32,940 nt of DNA from Sphingomonadaceae bacterium (GCA_004282995.1 SHLU01000001.1:1-32940); one strand, 5' to 3'; shown: positions 19,145 to 29,267, counted from the stretch's first letter. Made by a program: numbers and translations. Notes: a model not told the origin generated them from the sequence alone.

Positions 19145-20788
19145 CTAGGCTTGCGCGCGCAATGTGCCGCGACCGATGACCTGGGCCTGGATCTCTCCGG
19201 CTCCCTCGAAGATGTTAAGAATACGGGCATCGCATAGCACCCGGCTGACCGGATATTCGAGCGCGTAGCCATTGCCGCCATGGATTTGCAGCGCATTGTC
19301 GGCATTGGTCCAGGCGACGCGGGCGGCAAGCAGTTTGGCCATCCCGGCCTCGATATCGCAGCGTTCGCCCTTGTCTTTGTGGCGGGCCGCCGAATAGGTC
19401 AGCTCGCGTGCCATCACCAGTTCGGTCACCATCAGCGCCAGCTTGTCCGCCACTCGCGGGAAGGCGATCAACGGCTTGCCGAATTGCCTGCGTTCGAGCG
19501 CATAGGACAGGCCAAGATCGAAGGCATTCCAACCCACCCCCACTGCGCGCGCGGCGGTCTGGATGCGCGCGCTCTCAAATGTACGCATGAGCTGTTTGAA
19601 GCCTTGCCCCTCGATCCCGCCGAGCAGGCCATCGGCGGCCACCGGAAAACCATCGAAGCCGAGCGCATATTCCTTCATCCCGCGATAGCCGAGCACCTCG
19701 ATCTCGCTGCCCTCGATACCGGGATCGGGAAACGGCGCGGCGTCTGTCCCGCGCGTTTTTTCGGCCAGCAGCATCGAAAGACCGCCATATCCGGGCGTGC
19801 CGGTGTCGGTGCGGCACAGCACCGTCATTAGATCGGCCCGGGCGGCATGGGTGATCCAGGTCTTGGCACCGCGGATCTGCCAACTGCCATCCTCTTGCCG
19901 TGCGGCGCGGGTAGAAACCGAGGCCAGGTCGGAGCCGGTATCGGGCTCGGTGAAAACCGCTGTCGGAAGCACCGAGCCATCGGCCAGACGCGGCAACCAC
20001 TTCGCCTTTTGCTCTGGCGTGCCATTTTCCCCGATTAGTTCGGCGGCGATCTCGGATCTCGTGCCGAGGGATCCGGCGCAGATCCAGCCGCGGGAAAGCT
20101 CCTCGGACACCAGGCACATCGCGGTCTTGCCCAGCCCCAATCCGCCGAATTCCTCGCCAATGCACACGCCGAAGACGCCCAGATTGGCCATCTCGCGTAC
20201 GGTCTCGATGGGGATCAGCTTATCCTCCAGATGCCAGCGATGAGCATGGGGTGCGATCCGGTCGGCAGTAAATGCGCGGAACTGCGCACGGATCATGTCG
20301 AGGGTTTCCTCGTCGAAGGCCTCGTCCGGCACAGCCCCTTCGCCAAGCGCCCGCGCCAGGGCGACGCGGGTCTCGGCAGTATTCCCATGGTCAAGGAAGA
20401 GGCGCACCTCGCTATCCTCAGCCAGGGACGCAGCTGCCTCGCTAATGCCAAGATCACCGGGACGCAGCATCTCATTCTGGCTCATCGGCAGGGCGCTGAT
20501 TAGCTGGTGCAGGTACTCGCCAAAGCCGATCTGCAGGACCAGCGCCTCAACCTCGCCGAACCGACCGCCGGCGGAACCACGCGCAGCCCAGTCGGCTGTG
20601 GCTTCGAGCGCGGCGACGAGTGTACCGATCCATCCGAAGCCGTGGACCTGGCGCTGTTCGCGCTCGACCAGCGCGGGGACGGGCTTACCCTCCGGCGCAA
20701 CATCGCGGGCGACGGCGTCGCGGGCGGCATCGCGATAGGCGCTGGCCGCCCGGCAAGCCGCTCTGGCTCGCTCGATCCACTCGCTCAT
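19145..20788 (-). CDS. mcd: Acyl-CoA dehydrogenase, (2S)-methylsuccinyl-CoA dehydrogenase-like
   Basis: 547 aa with an N-terminal extension (HGFGW...[16 protein letters not shown]...PMSQ.E), [61 protein letters not shown]; matches my recollection of Mcd. Confidence 0.8.
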   Translation of the reverse strand: MSEWIERARAACRAASAYRDAARDAVARDVAPEGKPVPALVEREQRQVHGFGWIGTLVAALEATADWAARGSAGGRFGEVEALVLQIGFGEYLHQLISALPMSQNEMLRPGDLGISEAAASLAEDSEVRLFLDHGNTAETRVALARALGEGAVPDEAFDEETLDMIRAQFRAFTADRIAPHAHRWHLEDKLIPIETVREMANLGVFGVCIGEEFGGLGLGKTAMCLVSEELSRGWICAGSLGTRSEIAAELIGENGTPEQKAKWLPRLADGSVLPTAVFTEPDTGSDLASVSTRAARQEDGSWQIRGAKTWITHAARADLMTVLCRTDTGTPGYGGLSMLLAEKTRGTDAAPFPDPGIEGSEIEVLGYRGMKEYALGFDGFPVAADGLLGGIEGQGFKQLMRTFESARIQTAARAVGVGWNAFDLGLSYALERRQFGKPLIAFPRVADKLALMVTELVMARELTYSAARHKDKGERCDIEAGMAKLLAARVAWTNADNALQIHGGNGYALEYPVSRVLCDARILNIFEGAGEIQAQVIGRGTLRAQA

Positions 20789-20937
20789 TGCTGCTACTCC
20801 TCACCGCCCGCGCCAGCTTGGGCCTAGCGTGATCTGGTAACCGCTGTGCATGGCGGGTCAACCACGGCTTCGGTCGGTATGGCGCGGTGAACCCCGGTCA
20901 TGTAGCACTGGCCATCTAATGCGAGGGGGATGACCAC

Positions 20938-21816
20938 ATGAATGGCAAGTCGATCAAGAGCCTGGTGACAGTATTCATCGCCGCCGCAGCCGGGCTTGTA
21001 TTCGGCTGGCTGGCGGGAACCGACAGCCTGCGGGTGGCAGGGATGACCGTGTTCTTCCTCTGCACGCTCGTCGCGCTGGCGGTCAATTGGCTCGCCTTCA
21101 TTCCTGCTGCCGCCGCGCAGACGGAGAAATACTACGACCTGACCGGATCGATCACCTATGTCGCCATGATCATCACCGCGCTCGTGCTGGCGTCACCACA
21201 CGATATTCGTGCGCTGGTGGTCGCAGGCATGGTGCTTGTATGGACCGGGCGGCTCGGCATCTTCCTGTTCCGGCGGATCAGCGATGCGGGTGGAGATTCG
21301 CGCTTCGACAAGATCAAGACCCACCCATCCCGCTTCCTCGTCGCCTGGACGCTGCAGGCGCTGTGGGGCATGTTCACCGCCGCTGCCGCCATTGCCATCA
21401 TTACCACCAAGGATCCGGAACCGATCGGCGCATTCTTCTGGATAGGCGCCAGCCTGTGGCTGATCGGCTTTGTCATCGAGATCATCGCTGACGGACAGAA
21501 ATCCGCTTTCCGCAAAGACAAGGCCAACGACGGCGAGTTCATTTCCAGCGGGTTGTGGGCATGGTCGCAGCATCCCAATTACTTTGGCGAGATCCTGCTG
21601 TGGACTGGCATCGCGGTAATGGCGCTGCCGCTACTTTCAGGGTGGTCGTGGCTGGTGCTGGTCTCGCCCGTCTTCGTCTATGTTCTGCTGACCGGGGTCA
21701 GCGGCATTCCGATGCTAGACGCGAAAGCGGAGAAGCGCTGGGGGATGCGCGAGGATTTCCGCCGCTATCGCGCGCAGACCCCCAAGCTGATCCTGATGCC
21801 GCCGAAAGCTCAGTAA
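20938..21816 (+). CDS. DUF1295 (steroid 5-alpha-reductase-like) membrane protein
   Basis: Multiple TMs, EKYYDLTGS, W..RLG.FLF.R, GDSRFD, E..AD.QK, GLWAWSQHPNYFGE, SGIP. Confidence 0.9.
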   Translation: MNGKSIKSLVTVFIAAAAGLVFGWLAGTDSLRVAGMTVFFLCTLVALAVNWLAFIPAAAAQTEKYYDLTGSITYVAMIITALVLASPHDIRALVVAGMVLVWTGRLGIFLFRRISDAGGDSRFDKIKTHPSRFLVAWTLQALWGMFTAAAAIAIITTKDPEPIGAFFWIGASLWLIGFVIEIIADGQKSAFRKDKANDGEFISSGLWAWSQHPNYFGEILLWTGIAVMALPLLSGWSWLVLVSPVFVYVLLTGVSGIPMLDAKAEKRWGMREDFRRYRAQTPKLILMPPKAQ

Positions 21817-22637
21817 TCGAACCGGGCGGTGGTGCACAGCCGCCCGCCCTGGCGGACCTCGGCCTCGATCGAAGTGACGGCGTCGGTCCCTTCGCGCAGG
21901 CTGACGGTAATCGGCACACCTAGCTCCACATAATGGCTGAAGCGCATTTCGCCCCTCTTGGGCAATCGCTTGTCGCCGCCTCGCAGAAGCGTGTCGAACT
22001 GACGTACGACTTCAGCGAGGTGGGTCGCGTTTACATGGTCGCCCGAGCCGCTGAGATAGGGATTGGCAGGTGCGAGGCCGTTCTCCGGTGTGATCAGACC
22101 ACTCGTGGCGCGCGCGTCCGGTCCCTCGAATTCGGCCAGCAGGCTTCCCTGTTCGCTCGCTGCACCGACACTTTCCGCTGAAGCAAAGCCAAAGGGACTC
22201 GTCGAACGCTCTCCGGCCAGGCGCTCTTTTTCTTCCGCCCGCCAGCCTTCGAAATCGCGGTTGCGGAAGACCACGCCGGTCCCGCTCATCCGAGCCACCA
22301 ATGCACCGGCATCGTCGAAGAAGGTCAGACGATATGTCTGCTTGCCCTCGCGTTCAAAGATGTCCTCGACACCATGGGTCGCATGGCCGCAGCCCGGCTT
22401 GCCCGTTTCCCATTCCAGGAAAGTCAGCGCGGTCCACTGGCCCGGCTCCCAATTGCCGCGTGCCTGCCCCGCCTGGTAGCTGGCCCAGAAATTGATCGTC
22501 TGGATGACGGCCGGATCATGCGGATCGAGCGTGAGCCAAGGCCACTGGTCGCTGTCGCGCGAGCAGGTGAAGCTCACCGCTCCGTCTGCCAACACCTCTT
22601 CCGCCTGCGCCCATGGCGCCATCGTCACCTGTGCCAT
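21810..22637 (-). CDS. Hypothetical protein, AfsA-related double-hotdog fold (tentative)
   Basis: C-terminal DHVNATHLAEVVRQ...F.HYVELG.P...V.QGG resembles the AfsA/ScbA repeat; degenerate first repeat QWP...HDPAVIQT; starts 3 nt after the SDR stop. Confidence 0.6.
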   Translation of the reverse strand: MAQVTMAPWAQAEEVLADGAVSFTCSRDSDQWPWLTLDPHDPAVIQTINFWASYQAGQARGNWEPGQWTALTFLEWETGKPGCGHATHGVEDIFEREGKQTYRLTFFDDAGALVARMSGTGVVFRNRDFEGWRAEEKERLAGERSTSPFGFASAESVGAASEQGSLLAEFEGPDARATSGLITPENGLAPANPYLSGSGDHVNATHLAEVVRQFDTLLRGGDKRLPKRGEMRFSHYVELGVPITVSLREGTDAVTSIEAEVRQGGRLCTTARFDY

Positions 22638-22640
22638 GGT

Positions 22641-23537
22641 TCAGGTCGTCCTTTGTGCCTTGTCCTTGGCATTGGTGCCCTTGATCGATTCGCGCATTCG
22701 CTGCCAGTCCTCATCTCCCATCGGGGCAAGCGCCTGGTAGAAATTGCCCGAGTTGGCCTGATAGCCCGCGCCATCGATGGCTATGGTCTGTCCGTTTACC
22801 CATTCCGCGCCCGGCCCCATCAGGAACACCGCCAGATTTGCAAGTTCATGCATTTCGCCATGGCGCCCCATCGGGTTCATACGGTCGACCGAATTGCCGC
22901 CGCGCCCTTCGGGACTGAGCCGTGCGCTCATCCCCTCGGTCGGGAAAAGACCCGGCGCGATGGCGTTGAAGCGGAGGCCATAGCGCCCCCATTCAACGGC
23001 CAGGCTCTGCGTCATGATGTTGATGCCGGCCTTGCTCATGGCAGACGGCACCACGAACGGCCCGCCATTCCACACCCAGGTTGTAAGAATCGACAGGACA
23101 TTGCCGCGCAACCCCTGCTCTATCCAGCGCGTACCGCAAGCATGGGTCATGTAGAAAGTACCGCGAAAGACGGTATCGGCGATGGCGTTGAAGCCGTTGA
23201 CCGAAAGGTCTTCGGTGCGACTGACGAAATTGCCCGCGGCATTGTTGACCAGACCGGTTAGCGGACCATCCTGCCAGATATCTGAGATCATCTCGTCGAT
23301 CGATTCATGGCTGCGAATATCGCAAGCGTGGATCGAAACACTGCCGCCGTGGCGCCCCATCAACTCATCCGCGGTTTCCTGCAGCTTGCCTTCGCGCCGA
23401 CCGCATATGTGTACGCTGGCACCGAGCTTGAGGAAGGCTTCGGCCATAACCTTGCCGAGTCCTGTGCCACCGCCGGTCACGAGGATTCGCTCCCCTTCCA
23501 TGAACCCCTCGCGATACATCAGCTTCGCAATATCCAT
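22641..23537 (-). CDS. SDR family oxidoreductase, 2,4-dienoyl-CoA reductase-like
   Basis: TGGGTGLG, ICGRR, NNAAGNF, PSAMSK in place of YxxxK, SLAVEW, NAIAPG; GAGGGG upstream of ATG 23537. Confidence 0.85.
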   Translation of the reverse strand: MDIAKLMYREGFMEGERILVTGGGTGLGKVMAEAFLKLGASVHICGRREGKLQETADELMGRHGGSVSIHACDIRSHESIDEMISDIWQDGPLTGLVNNAAGNFVSRTEDLSVNGFNAIADTVFRGTFYMTHACGTRWIEQGLRGNVLSILTTWVWNGGPFVVPSAMSKAGINIMTQSLAVEWGRYGLRFNAIAPGLFPTEGMSARLSPEGRGGNSVDRMNPMGRHGEMHELANLAVFLMGPGAEWVNGQTIAIDGAGYQANSGNFYQALAPMGDEDWQRMRESIKGTNAKDKAQRTT

Positions 23538-23689
23538 GCAACATCCCCTCAATACCGGGTTCGATTATTGCCCTCGAGATAGCGTGTCTGCCAAGGCTTG
23601 GCGACTTCTCTTGATTGATGGTCGCAACGGGTCCAACGCGAGCCCCATCTACACCGATTCACTCCCCCGGAAGAATAACGACCAACCCT

Positions 23690-26600
23690 ATGAGCACGCT
23701 GGCCCCCCTCAACCGTACCTCTTTCCGCCAAGCCTATCGCCAGGACGAAGAGACCTGCATCGCCGAACGCCTGCGCCAGGCAGCACCCGCCTCGGCAGTG
23801 CATGACGAGGCGCATGACCTCGCCGTGCGTCTGGTCGAGGACGCGCGCTCACGCAAAGCCAGCGGCATTGATGCGTTCCTGCACACCTATGGCCTCGCGA
23901 CCGAGGAAGGCATCGCCCTGATGTGCCTCGCCGAGGCGCTGCTGCGGGTGCCGGATTCGCACACGGCCGATGCGCTGATCCGGGACAAGCTGGGCGATAT
24001 CGACTGGAGCGAACATCTGGGCGAAAGTTCGTCCACATTCGTCAACGCTGCGACTTTCTCGCTGATGTTGACAGGCGAAGTCCTTGAGCGGCCCGAGCAG
24101 CACCAGCGCGGCATGGGCAAGACGCTCAAGCGCACGGTCAACCGGCTCGGCGAACCGGTGGTCCGCAAGGCGACATTGCAGGCCATGCGCATTTTGGGCG
24201 GACAGTTTGTCTATGGCCGCACCATCGGCGAGGCGCTCAGGCGCGCCAAACCCGAACGGGCCAAGGGGCTGACCCACAGCTTCGACATGCTCGGCGAAGC
24301 GGCCATGACCTTTGCCGACGCCGAGCGCTATCGGCGCGCCTACGAAAACGCCATCGAGCGCCTGCAGGGCGAAACCGACGGCACAGTGCAGTCGAGCCCC
24401 GGGATTTCGGTCAAGCTGTCGGCGCTCTATCCGCGCTACGACGTCTTTCACCAGCAGGAGGCGACCGCTGCGCTGGTGCCAATCCTGCGCGATCTCGCCG
24501 CCAAGGCGCGCGATGCCAACATGCATTTCACCATCGATGCCGAAGAAGCCGAGCGGCTCGAAATTTCGCTCGACATCATCGAACAGTTGCTGGCCGACGA
24601 TGGGCTGTTCACCAAGCCCGACGGCTCGCCCTGGAGCGGTTTCGGTATCGTCATCCAGGCCTACCAGAAGCGCGCCGCGCCGCTGTGCGACTGGGTCATA
24701 AAGCTAGCGCGCCGGCATGATCGGCGACTGATGGTTCGGCTGGTCAAGGGTGCCTATTGGGATACCGAGATCAAGCTCAGCCAGGTTGGCGGCTACAAGG
24801 ATTTTCCGGTCTTCACCCGCAAGGTGGCGACCGACGTTTCCTACCTCGCCTGCGCAGCCAAGCTGCTGGAGGCGAACGAGGTGATCTATCCGGCCTTCGC
24901 CACCCACAACGCCTATACCGTTGGCGCGGTCAAGGCGCTGGCAGGCGACAAGTCGTTCGAATTCCAGCGCCTCCACGGCATGGGCGAAGAACTCTACGAT
25001 GCCCTGGCCGAATACGAGGGCAACGAGAAAACGCCTGTCCGCATCTACGCGCCGGTCGGGGTGCACAAGGACCTGCTTGCCTATCTCGTGCGCCGGCTGC
25101 TGGAGAACGGCGCCAACAGCTCTTTCGTCAACCGGATGGCCGATGCCGAGGTCCCCGCCGCTGAACTGGCCGGTGATCCGGTAAGAGAACTGGCGGCGCT
25201 CGACCCCAAGCGTAATCCGGACATCCCCCTCCCAAGCGACATCTTCCCCGGACGCATCAACAGCGCCGGCACCGACCTCGCCGATCCGCTGGTGCGCGAG
25301 CCGCTGCTGGAGCGGCTGGAGCGGCTCGAAAGCAAGCGCTGGTACGCCGGGCCAACCTTCCCCTCGACCGAGATGGGCGAGGAAGCGCCGATCAATGCCC
25401 CGCAGGACCTGACCCACGAAGTCGGCACCCGGCGCGATACCACCGAGGACGAGGTCGCCGACGGTATCGGCCGGGCGCTCGCCATTCAACCGGGCTGGAA
25501 CGCACTCGGTGGCGAAAAGCGGGCCGTGCTGCTCGAAGCAGCCGCTGACCTTTTCAAGGAACATACCGACGAGTTCCTGAGCCTGTGCCGGCTCGAAGCT
25601 GGCAAGACCGTGCTCGACGGGGTTCTCGAAGTACGCGAGGCGGTCGATTTCCTGCGTTATTATGCAGCTGAGGCACGGCGCCAGTTCGCCGCCCCGATCA
25701 TGCTGCCGGGACCGACCGGCGAGGAGAACCGCCTGCATCTCGCCGGGCGCGGCGTCTTTGCCACCATCAGCCCGTGGAACTTCCCGTTGGCGATTTTCAT
25801 CGGCCCCGCCGCAGCGGCGATGGCGGCCGGGAACACCGTAGTCGCGAAGCCGGCCGAACAAACCCCGCTGATCGCCGCGCTGGCGGTACGTCTATGCCAC
25901 GAGGCAGGAATTCCGCCGGAAGTCTTCCAGCTCATGCCGGGCGCCGGTGATGTCGGCCAGATGATCACCAGCGATCTGCGGATCGCCGGGGTCGCCTTCA
26001 CCGGCTCGACCGACACGGCGCAGGCCATCAACCGTTCGCTGGCTGCGCGTGAAGGGCCAATTGCGACCCTCATCGCCGAAACCGGCGGACAGAACGCAAT
26101 GATCGTCGACAGTTCCGCCCTGCCCGAGCAAGTCGCACGCGACGTCGTGGCCTCGGCCTTCCAGAGCGCCGGACAGCGCTGTTCGGCGCAGCGGATGCTA
26201 TACATCCAGGACGACGTCTACGACGAAATGCTGGAGATAATCCGCGGCGCTTTCGAGGCGCTGACAATCGGCGATCCTGCCGATTTCTCCTGCGATGTAG
26301 GGCCAGTCATCGATCCCGATGCACGCGCCGCACTCGAACGCCATGTCGCGCGCCGCAAGAAGGCCGGGCGACAGGTATGGCGACGCAAGCTGCCGCGCGG
26401 TGCCGGCAAGGGCTGCTTCGTTGCGCCGACCATCATCGAACTGGATTCGATTCTCGACCTGCGGCGCGAGAACTTCGGGCCGATCCTTCACGTGGCGCGA
26501 TTCAAGGCGCATGAACTCGACCAGGTTCTGGCGGATATTAATTCGACCGGGTTTGGCCTGACCCTCGGCCTGCACAGCCGGATCGAGGCGACAAGGCGCT

Positions 26601-26812
26601 ATGTCGAGGCACGCGCGCGGGTCGGCAATTTCTACGTCAACCGCAACCAGATCGGGGCGGTAGTGGAAAGCCAGCCGTTTGGCGGGGAAGGCTTGTCCGG
26701 GACCGGACCAAAAGCGGGTGGGCCGCATTATGTCGCCCGTTTCGCTACCGAGCGGGTCGTTTGCATCGACACCACCGCCGCAGGCGGCAACGCGACCTTG
26801 CTGGCAGGCTGA
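23690..26812 (+). CDS. putA: Bifunctional proline dehydrogenase / glutamate-semialdehyde dehydrogenase
   Basis: EGIALMCLAEALLRVPD, SFDMLGEAA, IDAEE, RLVKGAYWD, FATHN, FQRLHGMG, RRLLENGANSSF, ETGGQN, SAGQRCSA; about 1040 aa, no N-terminal RHH domain seen. Confidence 0.97.
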   Translation: MSTLAPLNRTSFRQAYRQDEETCIAERLRQAAPASAVHDEAHDLAVRLVEDARSRKASGIDAFLHTYGLATEEGIALMCLAEALLRVPDSHTADALIRDKLGDIDWSEHLGESSSTFVNAATFSLMLTGEVLERPEQHQRGMGKTLKRTVNRLGEPVVRKATLQAMRILGGQFVYGRTIGEALRRAKPERAKGLTHSFDMLGEAAMTFADAERYRRAYENAIERLQGETDGTVQSSPGISVKLSALYPRYDVFHQQEATAALVPILRDLAAKARDANMHFTIDAEEAERLEISLDIIEQLLADDGLFTKPDGSPWSGFGIVIQAYQKRAAPLCDWVIKLARRHDRRLMVRLVKGAYWDTEIKLSQVGGYKDFPVFTRKVATDVSYLACAAKLLEANEVIYPAFATHNAYTVGAVKALAGDKSFEFQRLHGMGEELYDALAEYEGNEKTPVRIYAPVGVHKDLLAYLVRRLLENGANSSFVNRMADAEVPAAELAGDPVRELAALDPKRNPDIPLPSDIFPGRINSAGTDLADPLVREPLLERLERLESKRWYAGPTFPSTEMGEEAPINAPQDLTHEVGTRRDTTEDEVADGIGRALAIQPGWNALGGEKRAVLLEAAADLFKEHTDEFLSLCRLEAGKTVLDGVLEVREAVDFLRYYAAEARRQFAAPIMLPGPTGEENRLHLAGRGVFATISPWNFPLAIFIGPAAAAMAAGNTVVAKPAEQTPLIAALAVRLCHEAGIPPEVFQLMPGAGDVGQMITSDLRIAGVAFTGSTDTAQAINRSLAAREGPIATLIAETGGQNAMIVDSSALPEQVARDVVASAFQSAGQRCSAQRMLYIQDDVYDEMLEIIRGAFEALTIGDPADFSCDVGPVIDPDARAALERHVARRKKAGRQVWRRKLPRGAGKGCFVAPTIIELDSILDLRRENFGPILHVARFKAHELDQVLADINSTGFGLTLGLHSRIEATRRYVEARARVGNFYVNRNQIGAVVESQPFGGEGLSGTGPKAGGPHYVARFATERVVCIDTTAAGGNATLLAG

Positions 26813-26883
26813 GTGCAAAAGACGTCCAAGCGATTAGAATCGGGGCTTATCATCCCCCGATTCGCCCGCTAAACAGCGCCGTC

Positions 26884-27411
26884 ATGGGTCGATTTCTAAA
26901 GCTGTTCGTCGCTGTCTTCGCACTGGCTTGGTCGCATGCGGCCTTTGCCGAGGTGCAGATGCATTTCCACTCGGTCAACGGATCGGTCATGTTCGGCCGT
27001 TATCCGCATGCCTTCGTGGTGCTCGAAGGCACATTGAGAGATGGCACGCGGATCAACGAGAATTACGGGTTCTCTGCCGAGAAGACGACGCCGGCAATCC
27101 TCAACGGCCCGGTCAAGCACGCAGTTATAAGCGAAGAGGCCAATTTCATCCCGAAGACCAACCGACACTTCACCCTGACGCTGACCGACGCGCAATACCG
27201 GCGGATCAAACAGGAAGTCGTCGCCTGGCGCGATGCACCGGGCAAGTATTACGACCTCGAAACGCGCAATTGCATCCATTTCGTCGGCCGGATGGCCCAG
27301 TTGGTTGGCCTGAAGGTCGAGTATCCCGATAAGATGCTGCGACGGCCCAAGAAATGGCTCAATCACGTTTCGTCGCTCAACCCGCGGATCCGCACGGCCT
27401 CGCTGAACTGA
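26884..27411 (+). CDS. Exported hypothetical protein with His...Asn-Cys motif (permuted papain-like, tentative)
   Basis: Signal peptide ending AAFA-E; PHAFV, NYGF, YDLETRNCIHFV. Confidence 0.7.
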   Translation: MGRFLKLFVAVFALAWSHAAFAEVQMHFHSVNGSVMFGRYPHAFVVLEGTLRDGTRINENYGFSAEKTTPAILNGPVKHAVISEEANFIPKTNRHFTLTLTDAQYRRIKQEVVAWRDAPGKYYDLETRNCIHFVGRMAQLVGLKVEYPDKMLRRPKKWLNHVSSLNPRIRTASLN

Positions 27412-27480
27412 CCGCATCGATCAGGGGACAATCCGCGCGACGGCTTGCCGTGACGCTCGCGCTGGGGAATGTTGCGCAAC

Positions 27481-28035
27481 ATGGCAATTCTCAGCGACAA
27501 ATGGATTCGCGAAGCAGCGACCACCCGCGGCATGATCGAACCGTTCGAGGAAGCGCAGCGGCGCGATGGCTGCATTTCGTACGGGCTTAGTTCCTACGGC
27601 TATGATGCCCGGGTGGCCCCCGAGTTCAAGATCTTCACAAATGTCGACAGTGCCGTGGTCGACCCCAAGGATTTCGCCAGCAACAGCTTCGTCGATCGCG
27701 AGACCGATGTGTGCGTCATCCCGCCAAACTCTTTCGCCCTGGCGCGTACGGTCGAATATTTTCGCGTGCCCGAGGACATACTGGTCATTTGCCTGGGTAA
27801 GAGCACCTATGCGCGCTGCGGCATTATCGTGAACGTCACCCCGCTCGAACCGGGTTGGGAAGGGCACGTAACGCTGGAATTTTCCAACACCACGCCGCTG
27901 CCGGCCAAGATCTACGCTAATGAAGGCGCCTGCCAGTTCCTGTTCCTGCAGGGCAACGAGCGGTGCGAGACCAGCTACAAGGATCGCGCCGGCAAATACA
28001 TGGGCCAGCGCGGCGTGACCCTGCCCCGCCTGTAA
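27481..28035 (+). CDS. dcd: dCTP deaminase
   Basis: [56 protein letters not shown]. Confidence 0.97.
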   Translation: MAILSDKWIREAATTRGMIEPFEEAQRRDGCISYGLSSYGYDARVAPEFKIFTNVDSAVVDPKDFASNSFVDRETDVCVIPPNSFALARTVEYFRVPEDILVICLGKSTYARCGIIVNVTPLEPGWEGHVTLEFSNTTPLPAKIYANEGACQFLFLQGNERCETSYKDRAGKYMGQRGVTLPRL

Positions 28036-29222
28036 TGGACACTGCGCCGCTCTTCGACCAGTGGCGCGCCCGTTCCCCACATTACGATCAAACACACGAA
28101 GCGGTGTGCGCCAGTGTGCGAACCTTTGTCGCGCGCGAGATCATGCCGCACGTCGACGAGTGGGAGGCCGCCGGAAAGTTGCCGCGCGAGCTGCACCGCA
28201 AGGCTGCCGCCGCCGGCATTATCGGGGTGGGATATCCTGAAGATCTTGGCGGAAGCGGCACTTTCGATGAGAAGGGCTGGGATCCCTTTCATTCATTGGT
28301 CCAGTCCGAGGAGATGTGTCGCCCCGGTGCAGGCGGCATTCCCGCGTCTCTACTGACCCACGGCATCGGCCTGCCGCCGATCGTCGCCATGGGCAGTGAC
28401 GAATTGCAACGCCGGATCGCGCCACAGGTGCTGTCCGGCGAAAAGATCATCTGTCTTGGCATCACCGAGCCGGGCGGTGGGTCGGATGTCGCCCAGATCA
28501 GTACGCGGGCCGAACGACGTGGCGACCAATACGTGGTCAATGGTGCAAAGACACTTATCACCTCTGGCATGCGGGCAGATTTCATCACTCTTGCCGTGCG
28601 CACCGGCGGCGAAGGCATGGGCGGCATATCTCTGCTGCTCGTTGAGACCGACAGGTCTGGCATCACCCGCACCCCGATTGCCAAGATGGGATGGCATTCC
28701 TCGGATACAGCGACAATCCATTTCGACGATGTCGAGGTGCCGGTGGCCAATCTGATCGGCGAGGAGAACGCCGGATTCGCGGGGATCATGCGCAATTTCA
28801 ACGGCGAGCGTCTTGGCATGGCGCAACAGGCCGCCGCCTATGCACGGCTTTGCTATGAAGACGCGCTCGACTGGGCACGGGCGCGCGAAACCTTTGGCAA
28901 GCCGCTCGTGACCAGGCAGGCAGTCCGCCACAAGCTGGCGCGGATGCTGCAGATGATTCATGCGACGCAGGCGATGATCGACCGGGCTGCGTGGACAGTG
29001 AAGGAAGGGTGCACCTTCCCCGGCGATTTCGCACTGCTCAAGGTGCAAGCGACGCAGACTCTCGAATACTGTGCGCGCGAAGCCTGCCAGATCCTTGGCG
29101 GTGCGAGCTTCGTAAAAGGCGCCCGCGTCGAACGCATCTACCGCGAGGTTCGCGTAATGGCGATCGGCGGCGGCTCGGAAGAAATCATGTATGACCTGGC
29201 CGGTCGCCAGTTCCGCTTCTGA
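28035..29222 (+). CDS. Acyl-CoA dehydrogenase (LCAD/AtuD-like subgroup)
   Basis: LGITEPGGGSDV, NGAKTLITSG, KMGWHSSDT, FNGERL, IGGGSEEI; ATG shares one base with the dcd stop (TAATG). Confidence 0.92.
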   Translation: MDTAPLFDQWRARSPHYDQTHEAVCASVRTFVAREIMPHVDEWEAAGKLPRELHRKAAAAGIIGVGYPEDLGGSGTFDEKGWDPFHSLVQSEEMCRPGAGGIPASLLTHGIGLPPIVAMGSDELQRRIAPQVLSGEKIICLGITEPGGGSDVAQISTRAERRGDQYVVNGAKTLITSGMRADFITLAVRTGGEGMGGISLLLVETDRSGITRTPIAKMGWHSSDTATIHFDDVEVPVANLIGEENAGFAGIMRNFNGERLGMAQQAAAYARLCYEDALDWARARETFGKPLVTRQAVRHKLARMLQMIHATQAMIDRAAWTVKEGCTFPGDFALLKVQATQTLEYCAREACQILGGASFVKGARVERIYREVRVMAIGGGSEEIMYDLAGRQFRF

Positions 29223-29267
29223 ACCAGTTACAGAATTGATGGTTAGCACCAGCAAACCGTAGCGGCT

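Noticed and set aside
26444-26462. Partial resemblance (TTCTCGACC) to the tRNA-Leu 3' end as a possible attR
   Set aside because: Only about 9 nt and inside intact putA coding sequence; consistent with chance.
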